Shown piece after piece: positions 10,374 through 19,449 of a DNA stretch of 64,000 nt. The stretch comes from a virus. Its lineage: Duplodnaviria > Caudoviricetes. Positions within the stretch are counted from its first letter, which is position 1. Each line of letters begins with the position of its first letter. The notes under the pieces were generated by a model that saw nothing but the letters and a program-made list of their open reading frames with translations, was not told where the DNA came from and did not search any database. The position numbers were made by a program, and so were the translations under genes. The stretch lies in IMG/VR virus record IMGVR_UViG_3300042935_001404. One strand, 5' to 3'.

Positions 10374-10727
10374 TCAATCTAATCTGCTTCCAGCGTAGAC
10401 CTGTGTTAGGCCCAACTTGGTCTTCAGTACCTCAGCGTAGGCCTCGGCACCTGCTTCTAAAATGCTGATTGATTGGGTTGGGAAACCGCTGGGGTTCCAC
10501 AGTTGAAGACTGCCAGTGTAGTCCTTACGGAAGCCCGCGGCCTGTAGCCACTTGCCCAACTTTGAGTTAGACCGTACGCCAAACACGTTGACCCAAGCAA
10601 AGCCACAAGCATCACGATCGCCATGCTTGGCGTGGAATGCTTTGGCCGCTGAGCGGGCTTGGATACCTGCTTCGTTGGTTGCGTCTTGTACCAACTGCTC
10701 TGTGATCTGTGTTGCTATTGCTGTCAT
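10374..10727 (-). CDS. Conserved phage hypothetical protein
   Basis: Start MTAIAT at 10727; ACGFAWV motif. Confidence 0.7.
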   Translation of the reverse strand: MTAIATQITEQLVQDATNEAGIQARSAAKAFHAKHGDRDACGFAWVNVFGVRSNSKLGKWLQAAGFRKDYTGSLQLWNPSGFPTQSISILEAGAEAYAEVLKTKLGLTQVYAGSRLD

Positions 10728-10757
10728 TTCGGAATCCTTTTTAGTTTCTATACAAGT

Positions 10758-10786
10758 ATTATAACAGTTTGGGAATTTCGGGTCAA
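10758..10786 (-). promoter_or_regulatory. sigma70 early promoter, conserved-spacer family
   Basis: TTGACC-cgaaattcccaaactgt-TATAAT. Confidence 0.88.
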
Positions 10787-11073
10787 CCGTTTTGTTTGTC
10801 CATGATGTACTCAAACAAGACAAATTTAGCACGATTCAGCAGTTGACGCTGATCTTCAATGGTGTTAAAGTCCGGTTGCTCGTAGGCCATCAGTTCTTGT
10901 GCATCACTCATCATGCTGGCCACAACCATTGCAGGGCCAGAGAATTTAAAAGTGCTGGACGATTCCACTGCTTCACGCATTTCGGACTCGGTGCAACCAT
11001 ACATGCCAACTTGGCGTTTTTCTTGCTCGTTTAACGTAATCATTTCGCCTAGTATATCGTATCTTAAACCCAT
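10783..11073 (-). CDS. Hypothetical protein
   Basis: 96-aa ORF, GGAG RBS. Confidence 0.7.
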   Translation of the reverse strand: MGLRYDILGEMITLNEQEKRQVGMYGCTESEMREAVESSSTFKFSGPAMVVASMMSDAQELMAYEQPDFNTIEDQRQLLNRAKFVLFEYIMDKQNG

Positions 11074-11104
11074 TTTTGAACTCCTTTTTGTTAAACTATG
11101 CTAT

Positions 11105-11133
11105 ATTATAGCAAATTGGGAATATTCGGTCAA
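11105..11133 (-). promoter_or_regulatory. sigma70 early promoter, conserved-spacer family (33-bp identical copy at 45550-45582)
   Basis: TTGACC-gaatattcccaatttgc-TATAAT. Confidence 0.9.
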
Positions 11134-11363
11134 CCAAAGGCTTTTACCAGCCCGATTAGCCCAATTGCTACACTTACAAGATTCACAAACATCTGTGGTT
11201 TATTTGCAACACGCACAGTCCAAATCAGGAACAAAATAGTCCCAATAAAAAATGTAAGAATGTTGTAAGGATGAGCTGTTGGCCCCACTGCATTGAGGCT
11301 ATGCCCTGCTACTATAAAAATAGCCCCGGTCCACTGCAAAATTTCATTTGTATCTAATTTCAT
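11130..11363 (-). CDS. Small membrane protein (PnuC-like TM hairpins)
   Basis: Three hydrophobic segments, LQWTG..F...G..L pattern. Confidence 0.55.
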   Translation of the reverse strand: MKLDTNEILQWTGAIFIVAGHSLNAVGPTAHPYNILTFFIGTILFLIWTVRVANKPQMFVNLVSVAIGLIGLVKAFG

Positions 11364-11369
11364 ACCTTA

Positions 11370-11398
11370 ATTATAGCAGTTTGGGAATTATTGGTCAA
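11370..11398 (-). promoter_or_regulatory. sigma70 early promoter, conserved-spacer family
   Basis: TTGACC-aataattcccaaactgc-TATAAT. Confidence 0.88.
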
Positions 11399-11404
11399 CC
11401 GAAA

Positions 11405-11806
11405 TCACAACTCAATTGCCCTGCGAAACACAATTTCTTGCCGGGCAAAGGCATCTAATTCCCAGGGCTGTTGCAAATATGCCACATTACGACCGTAGTA
11501 TTTGCCGTTCCATTTTTTGCCTTTGGGCATGATTTTTAGGATGCCTCGTGCCATTTGTCGCACATGCACCAACTCGTGTGCCAGGGTCACGCCCAGTGCA
11601 TACAAATTTCTAGTGGGTTTTAATACCACCAAGTAAGTGTCAAGTCCTGTCAACGGCACAGTGGTGCCCATTTCCTCTAAATCTGAGTCCACTTTGATCA
11701 TAAGCAATTTTTGATTTTTAGCAAGCCCAAGTTGGGTCAACATGCTAGGAACCAGTGCTTCAATGTACCGTTTGGTTTTGGGTCCGGCTTCAACGTGCAA
11801 TTCCAT
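11405..11806 (-). CDS. Putative zinc metallopeptidase (HExxH)
   Basis: TLAHELVHVRQ plus downstream PWELDAF glutamate motif. Confidence 0.7.
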   Translation of the reverse strand: MELHVEAGPKTKRYIEALVPSMLTQLGLAKNQKLLMIKVDSDLEEMGTTVPLTGLDTYLVVLKPTRNLYALGVTLAHELVHVRQMARGILKIMPKGKKWNGKYYGRNVAYLQQPWELDAFARQEIVFRRAIEL

Positions 11807-11833
11807 ATGTGCCTTTTTTTACTATATGCCCAA

Positions 11834-11862
11834 ATTATAACAAAATACCAATTTTGTGTCAA
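11834..11862 (-). promoter_or_regulatory. sigma70 early promoter (perfect consensus)
   Basis: TTGACA-17 bp-TATAAT. Confidence 0.88.
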
Positions 11863-11919
11863 CCGATGCATGTTTTGTTTATTTTATTAGTAGAAACCAT
11901 TGGGTGTATTGCGTTGCAA

Positions 11920-11927
11920 CATAAATA
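11920..11927 (+). promoter_or_regulatory. Late-type promoter CATAAATA for the four-microprotein operon
   Basis: TAAATA core 45 bp before ATG 11972, preceded by TTGCGTTGCAA. Confidence 0.55.
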
Positions 11928-11971
11928 ACTCAGTAGAAACCACGAGTTTCTCGTTACTAAAGGAAAAAGCA

Positions 11972-12136
11972 ATGACAGCAACAATAGCAAAACTAATTGA
12001 GCGTCTAGCCGAAATGTTCCCACGACAGAACTATCAAAGCAAATTAGACGCTTATCTCGCAAGTAAAAACGTACAAGACATCTGTGATGTAGAACACTGG
12101 ACCAAACAGTTTGACCGTAAAGGAAGTTATCTATGA
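11972..12136 (+). CDS. DUF3563-like small protein (54 aa)
   Basis: AAGGA RBS; IAKLIERLAEMF...LDAYLASK..DICDVEHW pattern resembles DUF3563 from recall. Confidence 0.6.
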   Translation: MTATIAKLIERLAEMFPRQNYQSKLDAYLASKNVQDICDVEHWTKQFDRKGSYL

Positions 12137-12237
12137 AAAACTTTATCAACACAGTGTATAACGGTCTAATTGCCTGGGCAGAAATGATTCACGAATATCG
12201 TCAAAGTTCTGCTAACAAATTTCATTATTGGAAGTAA
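12133..12237 (+). CDS. Microprotein (34 aa) MKNFINTVYNGLIAWAEMIHEYRQSSANKFHYWK
   Basis: ATGA overlap with the previous stop. Confidence 0.6.
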   Translation: MKNFINTVYNGLIAWAEMIHEYRQSSANKFHYWK

Positions 12238-12239
12238 TC

Positions 12240-12323
12240 ATGGACATAGGATTAGTCGCGGTTCAAATCATAATATTCGGGGCAATAATTCTCGTATATC
12301 TAGTGCAGGAGTTTAATAAATGA
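12240..12323 (+). CDS. Single-TM microprotein (27 aa) MDIGLVAVQIIIFGAIILVYLVQEFNK
   Basis: Starts 2 nt after previous stop; one hydrophobic helix. Confidence 0.55.
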   Translation: MDIGLVAVQIIIFGAIILVYLVQEFNK

Positions 12324-12421
12324 ACTATCTAAACACATTATTGATGTTACTACGTTGGTCAAAAGACGGATGGGAAGTTCATCCTATTGACTTATCTACC
12401 GACTTTAGCGGATGGGTTTAA
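12320..12421 (+). CDS. Microprotein (33 aa) MNYLNTLLMLLRWSKDGWEVHPIDLSTDFSGWV
   Basis: ATGA overlap; stop overlaps the stop of the convergent 689-aa gene. Confidence 0.55.
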   Translation: MNYLNTLLMLLRWSKDGWEVHPIDLSTDFSGWV

Positions 12422-14487
12422 TAAACCACTTGCAAACGTGCTTCTTGTTCACTGAACTTAGATGAACTTAACACTGCCTGAGGCGGCGGGGTTGATGGTA
12501 TTGGATCCACTGTAGTAGCCGCTGTTCCAACACCTGCAACATTAAGTCCAGTTGTGGTGCGTCCTTCACGCAGTACTGCCACAGTAGATTGCCCTGCACT
12601 TGTTGCGTTACTACTTGCAGTAGTGGATGTGTCAATATTAGCTACCAGTTCTAAATATTGTGCAGACCCTCCAACTTTGGTTTCAAGGCCAAATCCCGGC
12701 AATGCCGACACAAAACTCATAATGGCTGGTTGACTGTTGCCTTGTACATTGCCAATGTCTATACCTGCTTTGACTTGTAATTCAGTTTCTTTTGTTATTT
12801 GTGCGCTGATTGCTGAAAAGTATATGTTAAGATTGGCAGTTTCCGCAGGGTTGGCAGCAATAATATTTCCAATCTCAACTTGTGCAGCCGTAATCAGGTT
12901 TCCAACGTTTCCTTCGTCTGACACAATTGTGTTTGCGTATATGCCATTGTATATGGTAATTAAATTAGCCAGTGCGTTGTTTATGTTGCCATTATCATAT
13001 AATGTATTAATGATAGTAACGCTGTTTTCAAGATTAACAGTGATATTAGTTCCTACGGCAGTTCCAAGAATATCAGTTAACAATATAGTACCATTTACGC
13101 CAGATCCTGTTGCTATACTATTTGCATAATAACTTACATCCGCAGTGGGCAACGGTTGTGTTTGCGATTCAATGGCCGTCAGCCCCTTGTTGGTTTCTGC
13201 TGACAAGAATGCCACAGCCAACTGTGGCAAGGTCATACGACTGACATTTGTAACCTGATCCAATGCGCAGGACAATGCTTTGTTGGCCAGTGCCAGCCCC
13301 GGGGTCGTCATAACGCTTAGTCGTTCATAACTTATTCCAGCCTGGTCAGCGGCCACTATAGGTTCTAACAAACTATTCGGTGTGTATTGATTGCCAGAAC
13401 CTGTGTTGCCAGAAGTATCTCCTGTTATGGGGCTGGCAGTTGATCCAGCAGTGACTGGATTTTCGCTTTGACGTATTTCACACGCTAAAGGTCGATCAAT
13501 GGCTCTTGCGGCAGCTTCTTCATCAAGTATAGCCTGACTTTGTTCCGCAGTTAAGTTATCCTCCAGTGGCAGCGGATCTGGTGTGATGTAAATAGCACGT
13601 GGACCATCTGCAGTTGGCATTGTTAAGGATGGGTAACTGTTAGGCAGCATCACAGCAGGATTCAACAAGTCTGCCAATGTGTTGATGTTTGGTGTCCATA
13701 CATCTAGTATTCTTAATATATTTGCAAGCTCATCGCCTGTGACGCCAAGCAATGCGTTATACATAAGTTTCTGTATGGTGTCAGTCACCACTACAGCAGG
13801 ATCATTGAGATTGAGAATAATGTTATCAGGCACGCCGGCCACGCTGAGTGTTGCTATCAAAGGACTGATTGTTCCAGCACGGCGTGATATCTGTTGTATC
13901 AGTGCCAATGGAGTTCCGTAATTGTCAAGATTCCCTAGATCTATGTAGTGGCCAGCATTGAACAAGTCATCACCCATTGCAGCCGTAGCAAGATTAATTT
14001 CAGTAAGACCACTGGCAATAAGATTGTCCTGGCCAGTGAATGTTGGGCCCAAATAGCTGTTAGCGTTTACTGCACTGTTGATAAAACTATTCACAGTTGA
14101 ACAATAACTATTTGTTTGAACAAAAGTTTGTGTAAATTTACTAAGATCGCCATTGCCCATATATGCATCTGCAGTCAATGTAATCACGCCCGACATGCCT
14201 GGAGAAGTATTGCTGAATGGAACAATGTCAACTGTTCCAAGTACAATTGAATCGGCCAATGCCGGGCAACTATTCCCAACATTTCCTGCAAATGTCTGAA
14301 GAAGCACTTGTGTATTTGCAGTTAAATTTCCAGGAGCTGCCAACATGGCATTTATCAACGGAGTCAACAATGCAGTTGAGGTATATGCAGTGACATTTGC
14401 AGTTAAATTTGCATTAACAATATAGCCTTGATTTTGAAATAAACCGGCAGCTGCCTGTAGTTGTAGCGCAGATAATGATCCAGCCAT
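12418..14487 (-). CDS. Large N/T/A-rich virion protein, probably baseplate hub/tail associated
   Basis: 689 aa, coupled (TAATG) to PAAR gene; composition typical of virion proteins. Confidence 0.6.
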   Translation of the reverse strand: MAGSLSALQLQAAAGLFQNQGYIVNANLTANVTAYTSTALLTPLINAMLAAPGNLTANTQVLLQTFAGNVGNSCPALADSIVLGTVDIVPFSNTSPGMSGVITLTADAYMGNGDLSKFTQTFVQTNSYCSTVNSFINSAVNANSYLGPTFTGQDNLIASGLTEINLATAAMGDDLFNAGHYIDLGNLDNYGTPLALIQQISRRAGTISPLIATLSVAGVPDNIILNLNDPAVVVTDTIQKLMYNALLGVTGDELANILRILDVWTPNINTLADLLNPAVMLPNSYPSLTMPTADGPRAIYITPDPLPLEDNLTAEQSQAILDEEAAARAIDRPLACEIRQSENPVTAGSTASPITGDTSGNTGSGNQYTPNSLLEPIVAADQAGISYERLSVMTTPGLALANKALSCALDQVTNVSRMTLPQLAVAFLSAETNKGLTAIESQTQPLPTADVSYYANSIATGSGVNGTILLTDILGTAVGTNITVNLENSVTIINTLYDNGNINNALANLITIYNGIYANTIVSDEGNVGNLITAAQVEIGNIIAANPAETANLNIYFSAISAQITKETELQVKAGIDIGNVQGNSQPAIMSFVSALPGFGLETKVGGSAQYLELVANIDTSTTASSNATSAGQSTVAVLREGRTTTGLNVAGVGTAATTVDPIPSTPPPQAVLSSSKFSEQEARLQVVY

Positions 14488-14780
14488 TATCCTGCCCTTA
14501 CATCTGGACTGCCGCCTGTTCGTGCATGTCCGCAGGTGTCAACATTGCCAGTTCTAACAACAGGTTTTCCACCAGCACGTACTGTGCCACTACCACCAGC
14601 AGTGCTTGCGGCAGCATGTGGTGGATGCGGGTTATTTCTACGTTGAGGCCACGGTGCGTGTGCTGACACGGTTACACCATCAACTACAACAGGCTTGCCA
14701 TTGACTCGTACTGAGGCCACACCTGATGTGGCTGCACCGCCTTCAGAGTTTGTATCACCTTGTCTTTGTACTGCTGGCAT
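14487..14780 (-). CDS. PAAR-motif spike tip protein (gp5.4-like)
   Basis: MPAVQRQGD, VRVNGKPV..DG..V..H, H..., VRAGGKPVVR.G..DTCGH; late promoter GATAAATA 14801-14808. Confidence 0.88.
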   Translation of the reverse strand: MPAVQRQGDTNSEGGAATSGVASVRVNGKPVVVDGVTVSAHAPWPQRRNNPHPPHAAASTAGGSGTVRAGGKPVVRTGNVDTCGHARTGGSPDVRAG

Positions 14781-14815
14781 GTTGTTCCGTTCTTGTCAAT
14801 TATTTATCCAGCAAT

Positions 14816-15106
14816 TTACACCAGTTTGATGCCAGTGGTGCTTTGTATAAACTGATCAGCAAACATTTTGTCTGTGACCGCAACCACTGTAACTGTGCTT
14901 TTTGACAATTTAATATCTTTGTCTGGGCTCACTGTGAACAAGTAGGGCATTAGACCTGGGCCTTGAGCACCCATGGCAATCACCATTGGGCGTGATAGCT
15001 TGTAGTGTGCATCAGTTTCTTCCACTAATTTTCCAATTAGCTCTTCGCCAGACGTTAGTTTTAGTGTCACCACTTCACCTACTGAGGCACCTTTGTCAAT
15101 TAACAT
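14816..15106 (-). CDS. Sm-like (LSm/Hfq-fold) domain protein
   Basis: GEVVTLKLTSGEELIGKLVEETDAHYKLSRP matches the Sm1 motif pattern. Confidence 0.55.
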   Translation of the reverse strand: MLIDKGASVGEVVTLKLTSGEELIGKLVEETDAHYKLSRPMVIAMGAQGPGLMPYLFTVSPDKDIKLSKSTVTVVAVTDKMFADQFIQSTTGIKLV

Positions 15107-15107
15107 A

Positions 15108-15365
15108 TTATAATACTCCATCGCCGTAGCCAACAGCGTTTTCCTGTTCAAATAACTTTTTAAGTTCTGTAAATCCGCCAACAAGTCTATCATCTAAAAA
15201 TATTTGCGGCACGGTTCTGGCAGTTGGTACTGCTTCTAATAGTTGTTCTCGGGTCCAATCTTTACTTACATTACGTTCTTCAAACTCAATGCCGTTTTTC
15301 TTTAACAATGCTTTTGCTTGGTCGCAATAGGGGCACTGATCTTTACTCCATACAGTTGCTTTCAT
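15108..15365 (-). CDS. grx: Glutaredoxin
   Basis: CPYC active site, TVPQIF, VGGF; follows nrdB. Confidence 0.95.
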   Translation of the reverse strand: MKATVWSKDQCPYCDQAKALLKKNGIEFEERNVSKDWTREQLLEAVPTARTVPQIFLDDRLVGGFTELKKLFEQENAVGYGDGVL

Positions 15366-15380
15366 ATTTTTCCTTTTATT

Positions 15381-16481
15381 TTATAAATTTGGCAGTTCAT
15401 CGTAATCTAACGTGTCACTCATGATGCCAATAACATAGTTAGTCGACTCGTTCTCCTGCAGTGCAGTTTGTTTGTTCGATGTGTTGACGTGTTTGTTAAA
15501 CCAAGGAATCGGTGTGCTCTTGGGAGCAGGTGCTAGATATTTAATACCAATTTCTTTCAATGCGGCAGCGGCAGTGTAGTCCACAAAATCACGCAGGATG
15601 TTGGCATTGAGTCCAATCACCGGACCATGTTTGAACAGGTATTCTGCCCATTCTTTTTCTTCACGAATAACATCCATGTACAGTTGATACACTTCTGCTT
15701 CGCATTCACCTTTGATGGCTGCAAAGCGTGGATCTTCTTTTACCACTTGATTGATCATCCAACCAGTCCACTCTTTGTGTAGTATTTCATCTTGCAGGAT
15801 CAACTGAATGATGTTGCCGTTGCCAATGAAGATCTTGTTCTCTACCATGGCCAAACTTGTGGCAAATGATACCATGAAGCGGAATGCTTCCAATGCGTAT
15901 GACGCATGCAGTGCCATCCAAATTGCTTTGATATGTTCACGCTCGGGAAAGTCTTCTAACAGTTCTTTACGGCAGTTGATCATGTGTAGTCGATCATAGT
16001 ACATGCCTACACTCGAAGCCATATCAACAATTTCTTTGGTGTCGTGGATTGTGTTGAACATTTCCTTGGGCACATTGTAGATGTTGCGAATGATGTGGCT
16101 GTAACTGCGACTATGGATATTGGTTTCAAAAAATGTCCAGTTATAGACCAATGCTTCTAGTTCAGGCAATGATACCACTGGTGTAAAGATTTGACTTGGA
16201 CCACGACCTTGTAAACTATCTAGTGCTGTTTGACGTAACAAGTTTGATGTAAAGATGTGCTTGACAGTATCCGACGCATCTTTAAAGTCTTGTGAGTCTT
16301 TGGTCAGGGAAATTTCTTCTGGTACCCAAAAAAATCCACGTGCTTCTTGCTCGTACTTGGCAATCTTGTTGTACTTGACTTCTTCAAAGCGTTGGATGGT
16401 AACCGGACCTGCTGGGTCCAGGAACATCTTACGATTGAGGTAGTCTGTTTTTGTTTTTAAATTGTATTGTGCTTGGCTCAT
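15381..16481 (-). CDS. nrdB: Ribonucleotide reductase class Ia beta subunit
   Basis: FFWVPEE, ETNIHSRSY, LEAFRF, DEILH, ALQENE. Confidence 0.96.
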   Translation of the reverse strand: MSQAQYNLKTKTDYLNRKMFLDPAGPVTIQRFEEVKYNKIAKYEQEARGFFWVPEEISLTKDSQDFKDASDTVKHIFTSNLLRQTALDSLQGRGPSQIFTPVVSLPELEALVYNWTFFETNIHSRSYSHIIRNIYNVPKEMFNTIHDTKEIVDMASSVGMYYDRLHMINCRKELLEDFPEREHIKAIWMALHASYALEAFRFMVSFATSLAMVENKIFIGNGNIIQLILQDEILHKEWTGWMINQVVKEDPRFAAIKGECEAEVYQLYMDVIREEKEWAEYLFKHGPVIGLNANILRDFVDYTAAAALKEIGIKYLAPAPKSTPIPWFNKHVNTSNKQTALQENESTNYVIGIMSDTLDYDELPNL

Positions 16482-16485
16482 TGTA

Positions 16486-16677
16486 TTACCAGTGTCTAAT
16501 TGTGTTGGCTATAATAAAGCCACAAGTTATAATATGTATTATAACCCAAAACGTTTTGAAGAACAAGGCTATTCGGGCTTCTTGCAGTGTCAAGATAGGC
16601 ACATCAGGGCGATCATGATCTGATTCTCCCATCAAGTGTCCTGTAGCCCGGGCCCAGATTTTTTCAACGCTGTTCAT
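16486..16677 (-). CDS. Small membrane protein
   Basis: KIWARATG...IALF.KTF..IIHIITC.FIIANT; ATGA overlap with the nrdA stop. Confidence 0.65.
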   Translation of the reverse strand: MNSVEKIWARATGHLMGESDHDRPDVPILTLQEARIALFFKTFWVIIHIITCGFIIANTIRHW

Positions 16678-18998
16678 AGTTTGCATGATTCGCAGTCTTC
16701 ATCGAGATCAAAATCAATTTCATCCAATGGTGCAACTGCTTCATCTTCGGCCTTCATCTTACTGCCTGCTTTGTTGATCAGGCTGTAGTAGAATGTCTTC
16801 AGTCCCCAGTAATGTGCCTGCATCAAGTTCCGAGCAATCAGGGTTGTAGGAACTTTGCGATCAGCAAAGTGTGCCGGATTGTAAAATGTGTTTGTGCTGA
16901 TACTTTGGTCAACATAGGCTGCCAACACCGCCGCTGTTTTCAAGTAACCATCGCAGTCTTTTTGTGCCCACATCTGTTGATACTTGTTTTTCAACTTGTG
17001 ATACTCGGGCACAACCTGTGTTAATGATCCTGCTTTGCTTTCCTTAACTGAGATTAAACTCATGGGCATTTCAATCCCATTGGTTGAATTGATCACAACT
17101 GAGCTTGACTCCACAGGAGCAATGGCCATTGATGTTGCATTGCGAACACCATAACTGCGCATTTCTGCACGTAGGCTTTCCCAGTTCAGTTCTGGTGTAA
17201 AGTCTGCAAGTTCGTTCACACCTTTGGCACGTAGTTCCCAAGGAAACACACCTTGGCCGTAGCGTGTTCGGTCTGAGTCTACACAACGACCACGTTCTTT
17301 AGCCAGTTCTACTGACATTTCTGTCAGGTAGTAGGCTTGATGTTCCATCCACGTCTTGACTTCAGCCAAGGAGTCTCGCTCTCCGTAGTTGAATCCACGT
17401 TTGGCGTGCCAGTAGGCAAGGTTGGTGACTCCGATTCCCAGTGGTCTGATTTCGTCGTTGGATAGTTTAGACTGGATGGAAAGAAAGTCTTGATAATCAA
17501 GAATGTTGTTGAGGCTACGATGCAGTATACGGCAAGCACGGCGCATGTCTTCTGGATTGCGGAACGCACCCCAATTGATTGAGCCCAGGGTGCAAAGTGC
17601 GATACGACCGCTATCGTCATCCAGACGTTTAAAGGACTTAGTAGGTAAAAGTATTTCACAGCAAAGATTACTCTGGTAAATGGTATGATATTCAGGATCA
17701 AACGGTCCTTGCTTCATCACGTTGTCAATGAACACAAGATAGATACGTCCTGTGTCTGTACGCTCTTTTAGTATGCCCGACTTGAATACTTCTTCTGCTG
17801 CCATAGTTTTTGTACGCAAGTCCTTGCGTTTTTCGTACTTGACATACAGTTCTTCAAACAGTTCTGTGTTAGAATAAAACGCTTCGTATAAGTCTGGCAC
17901 TTCGTTGGGATCAAAGAATGTTATTTGTTCTTTGTTTTTAAATCGTCTCCAGAAGAAAGCACTAAGCACAACCCCATAATCCATATGACGGACTCGGGTT
18001 TCTTCTGTTCCTTGGTTGTTCTTAAGTACAATAAGATCATCAAACTGATGATGCCAAATAGGATAAAAAACAGTAGCACTTGCATTGCGGATACCTCCTT
18101 GACTGCATGAACGTAGGTCACCAAACCATTTTTTCAGGAATGGTATCATACCTGTGTGCATGATCTCACCACCTCGGATGGGACTACCTAACGGACGTAG
18201 TCGTCCAATCTCTAAACCAATGCCAGCACGTTTGCTGGCATACTTAGCCATCATTTCACCTGAAGCAAATATACTGTCCAGATCATCGTCACTGCGGATA
18301 AGTACGCAACTACTAAACTGTTTAGTAGGAGTCCCAAGACCAGCGAGCACAGGAGTAGCAAGAGTGAACAAGCCATCGCTGGCTGCGTTATAATATTCTT
18401 TGATATAACGCATACGGGCACTATTAGGTTCTTCTTTATGAAAGACTGTGGCGGCTGCCACCATGTATCTAACTTGTGGAGTTTCATATATTTCCTTTGT
18501 ACTTCTATTTTTTACCAAGTACTTCTCTATCAGTTGTTCAATGGCAGCATAACTGTACTGTTCGTCTTTGGAATGATCAATAATGTCATTCATTCGATTC
18601 CAGTCATCTTCAGTGTACCACTCCAGCAGTTCCGGAGTATATAACCCTGTGGCCACATTGGTTTTTACTATTTCGTATAGATGTGGCGGAGTGTAACTTC
18701 CGTATACATCTTTACGCAACATGCTTAGTCGTTGCTTGCCGGCCACAAACTGATAGTTGGTATGTCCTACATCAGGATTAGATTCAACATCAATTAAATC
18801 TACTATGGCCCGGAGGGTGATACCATCAATTTCTTTGGTTGTGATGCCGTCATAAAAGTGCAGTTGAGCTTTGATCTCCACCATACTCTGACTGACATCT
18901 GCTATACCTTGACATATTTTTGCTATTTGTGATTGCCACTTTTCGATAGCAATGGGTTCACGGCGCCCACTGCGCTTTACTACTGTTATTGTTGACAT
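16674..18998 (-). CDS. nrdA: Ribonucleotide reductase class Ia alpha subunit
   Basis: ATP cone VVKRSG, QFSSCVL, QSNLCCEI, KTFYY, C-terminal CESC; no intein-size insertion. Confidence 0.97.
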   Translation of the reverse strand: MSTITVVKRSGRREPIAIEKWQSQIAKICQGIADVSQSMVEIKAQLHFYDGITTKEIDGITLRAIVDLIDVESNPDVGHTNYQFVAGKQRLSMLRKDVYGSYTPPHLYEIVKTNVATGLYTPELLEWYTEDDWNRMNDIIDHSKDEQYSYAAIEQLIEKYLVKNRSTKEIYETPQVRYMVAAATVFHKEEPNSARMRYIKEYYNAASDGLFTLATPVLAGLGTPTKQFSSCVLIRSDDDLDSIFASGEMMAKYASKRAGIGLEIGRLRPLGSPIRGGEIMHTGMIPFLKKWFGDLRSCSQGGIRNASATVFYPIWHHQFDDLIVLKNNQGTEETRVRHMDYGVVLSAFFWRRFKNKEQITFFDPNEVPDLYEAFYSNTELFEELYVKYEKRKDLRTKTMAAEEVFKSGILKERTDTGRIYLVFIDNVMKQGPFDPEYHTIYQSNLCCEILLPTKSFKRLDDDSGRIALCTLGSINWGAFRNPEDMRRACRILHRSLNNILDYQDFLSIQSKLSNDEIRPLGIGVTNLAYWHAKRGFNYGERDSLAEVKTWMEHQAYYLTEMSVELAKERGRCVDSDRTRYGQGVFPWELRAKGVNELADFTPELNWESLRAEMRSYGVRNATSMAIAPVESSSVVINSTNGIEMPMSLISVKESKAGSLTQVVPEYHKLKNKYQQMWAQKDCDGYLKTAAVLAAYVDQSISTNTFYNPAHFADRKVPTTLIARNLMQAHYWGLKTFYYSLINKAGSKMKAEDEAVAPLDEIDFDLDEDCESCKL

Positions 18999-19019
18999 CT
19001 GCTTCTCTTGTTATTTTTG

Positions 19020-19448
19020 TTACTGGTACTTCTCACTAACCTGTAATTGGGTTAATTTTTTTACTATTTTTGCTTCTGGATTGATATTTACGACAGTTGA
19101 CTTATCCCAATTCAGTATATATTTTGATTTGTCGACCAGGACTAAATTATGACCCGTTTTTGTTAAAATCAGTTCTGCTGAGTGTATATCTGCACGTTCC
19201 AACAAAGTTATAGTATACAGGATTCCTAGCCCGCGAGCAACCTCGCAGAATATATTGTCATCCAATAGTTGCCAGGGATCGGGCCAATCTGTTTGATCAT
19301 CCCAGTGCAGGTGATATCCAGTCCAGGGAGATGAGAACCACCAGGTGTTGATGTCTTCCAGTGCCGCATCAATGGGCAGAGTTTTGGCTCGAGTGCGTAG
19401 TTGTGTCCAACTATCCAGCCGGGATTCAAATGTTGCAGGCCAGACCAC
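19020..19448 (-). CDS. Conserved protein, possibly transglutaminase-like Cys protease
   Basis: WPDPWQLL...FCEVARGLG...GHNLVLVD...YILNW gives a Cys/His arrangement reminiscent of BTLCP. Confidence 0.45.
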   Translation of the reverse strand: MVWPATFESRLDSWTQLRTRAKTLPIDAALEDINTWWFSSPWTGYHLHWDDQTDWPDPWQLLDDNIFCEVARGLGILYTITLLERADIHSAELILTKTGHNLVLVDKSKYILNWDKSTVVNINPEAKIVKKLTQLQVSEKYQ

Positions 19449-19449
19449 G

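Noticed and set aside
9618-11398. Regularly recurring 30-bp motif as a CRISPR array
   Set aside because: Copies are degenerate, hundreds of bp apart, separated by full ORFs, and match -35/-10 promoter geometry.
12320-12421. Darobactin-like RiPP precursor (RWSKDGW resembles WNWSKSF)
   Set aside because: Only a three-residue match, no adjacent radical SAM or transporter; kept only as a remote possibility in the microprotein finding.
16674-18998. Intein or group I intron in nrdA (also checked nrdB, gp41, uvsX, uvsW, ligase)
   Set aside because: All have normal lengths and continuous motif order.
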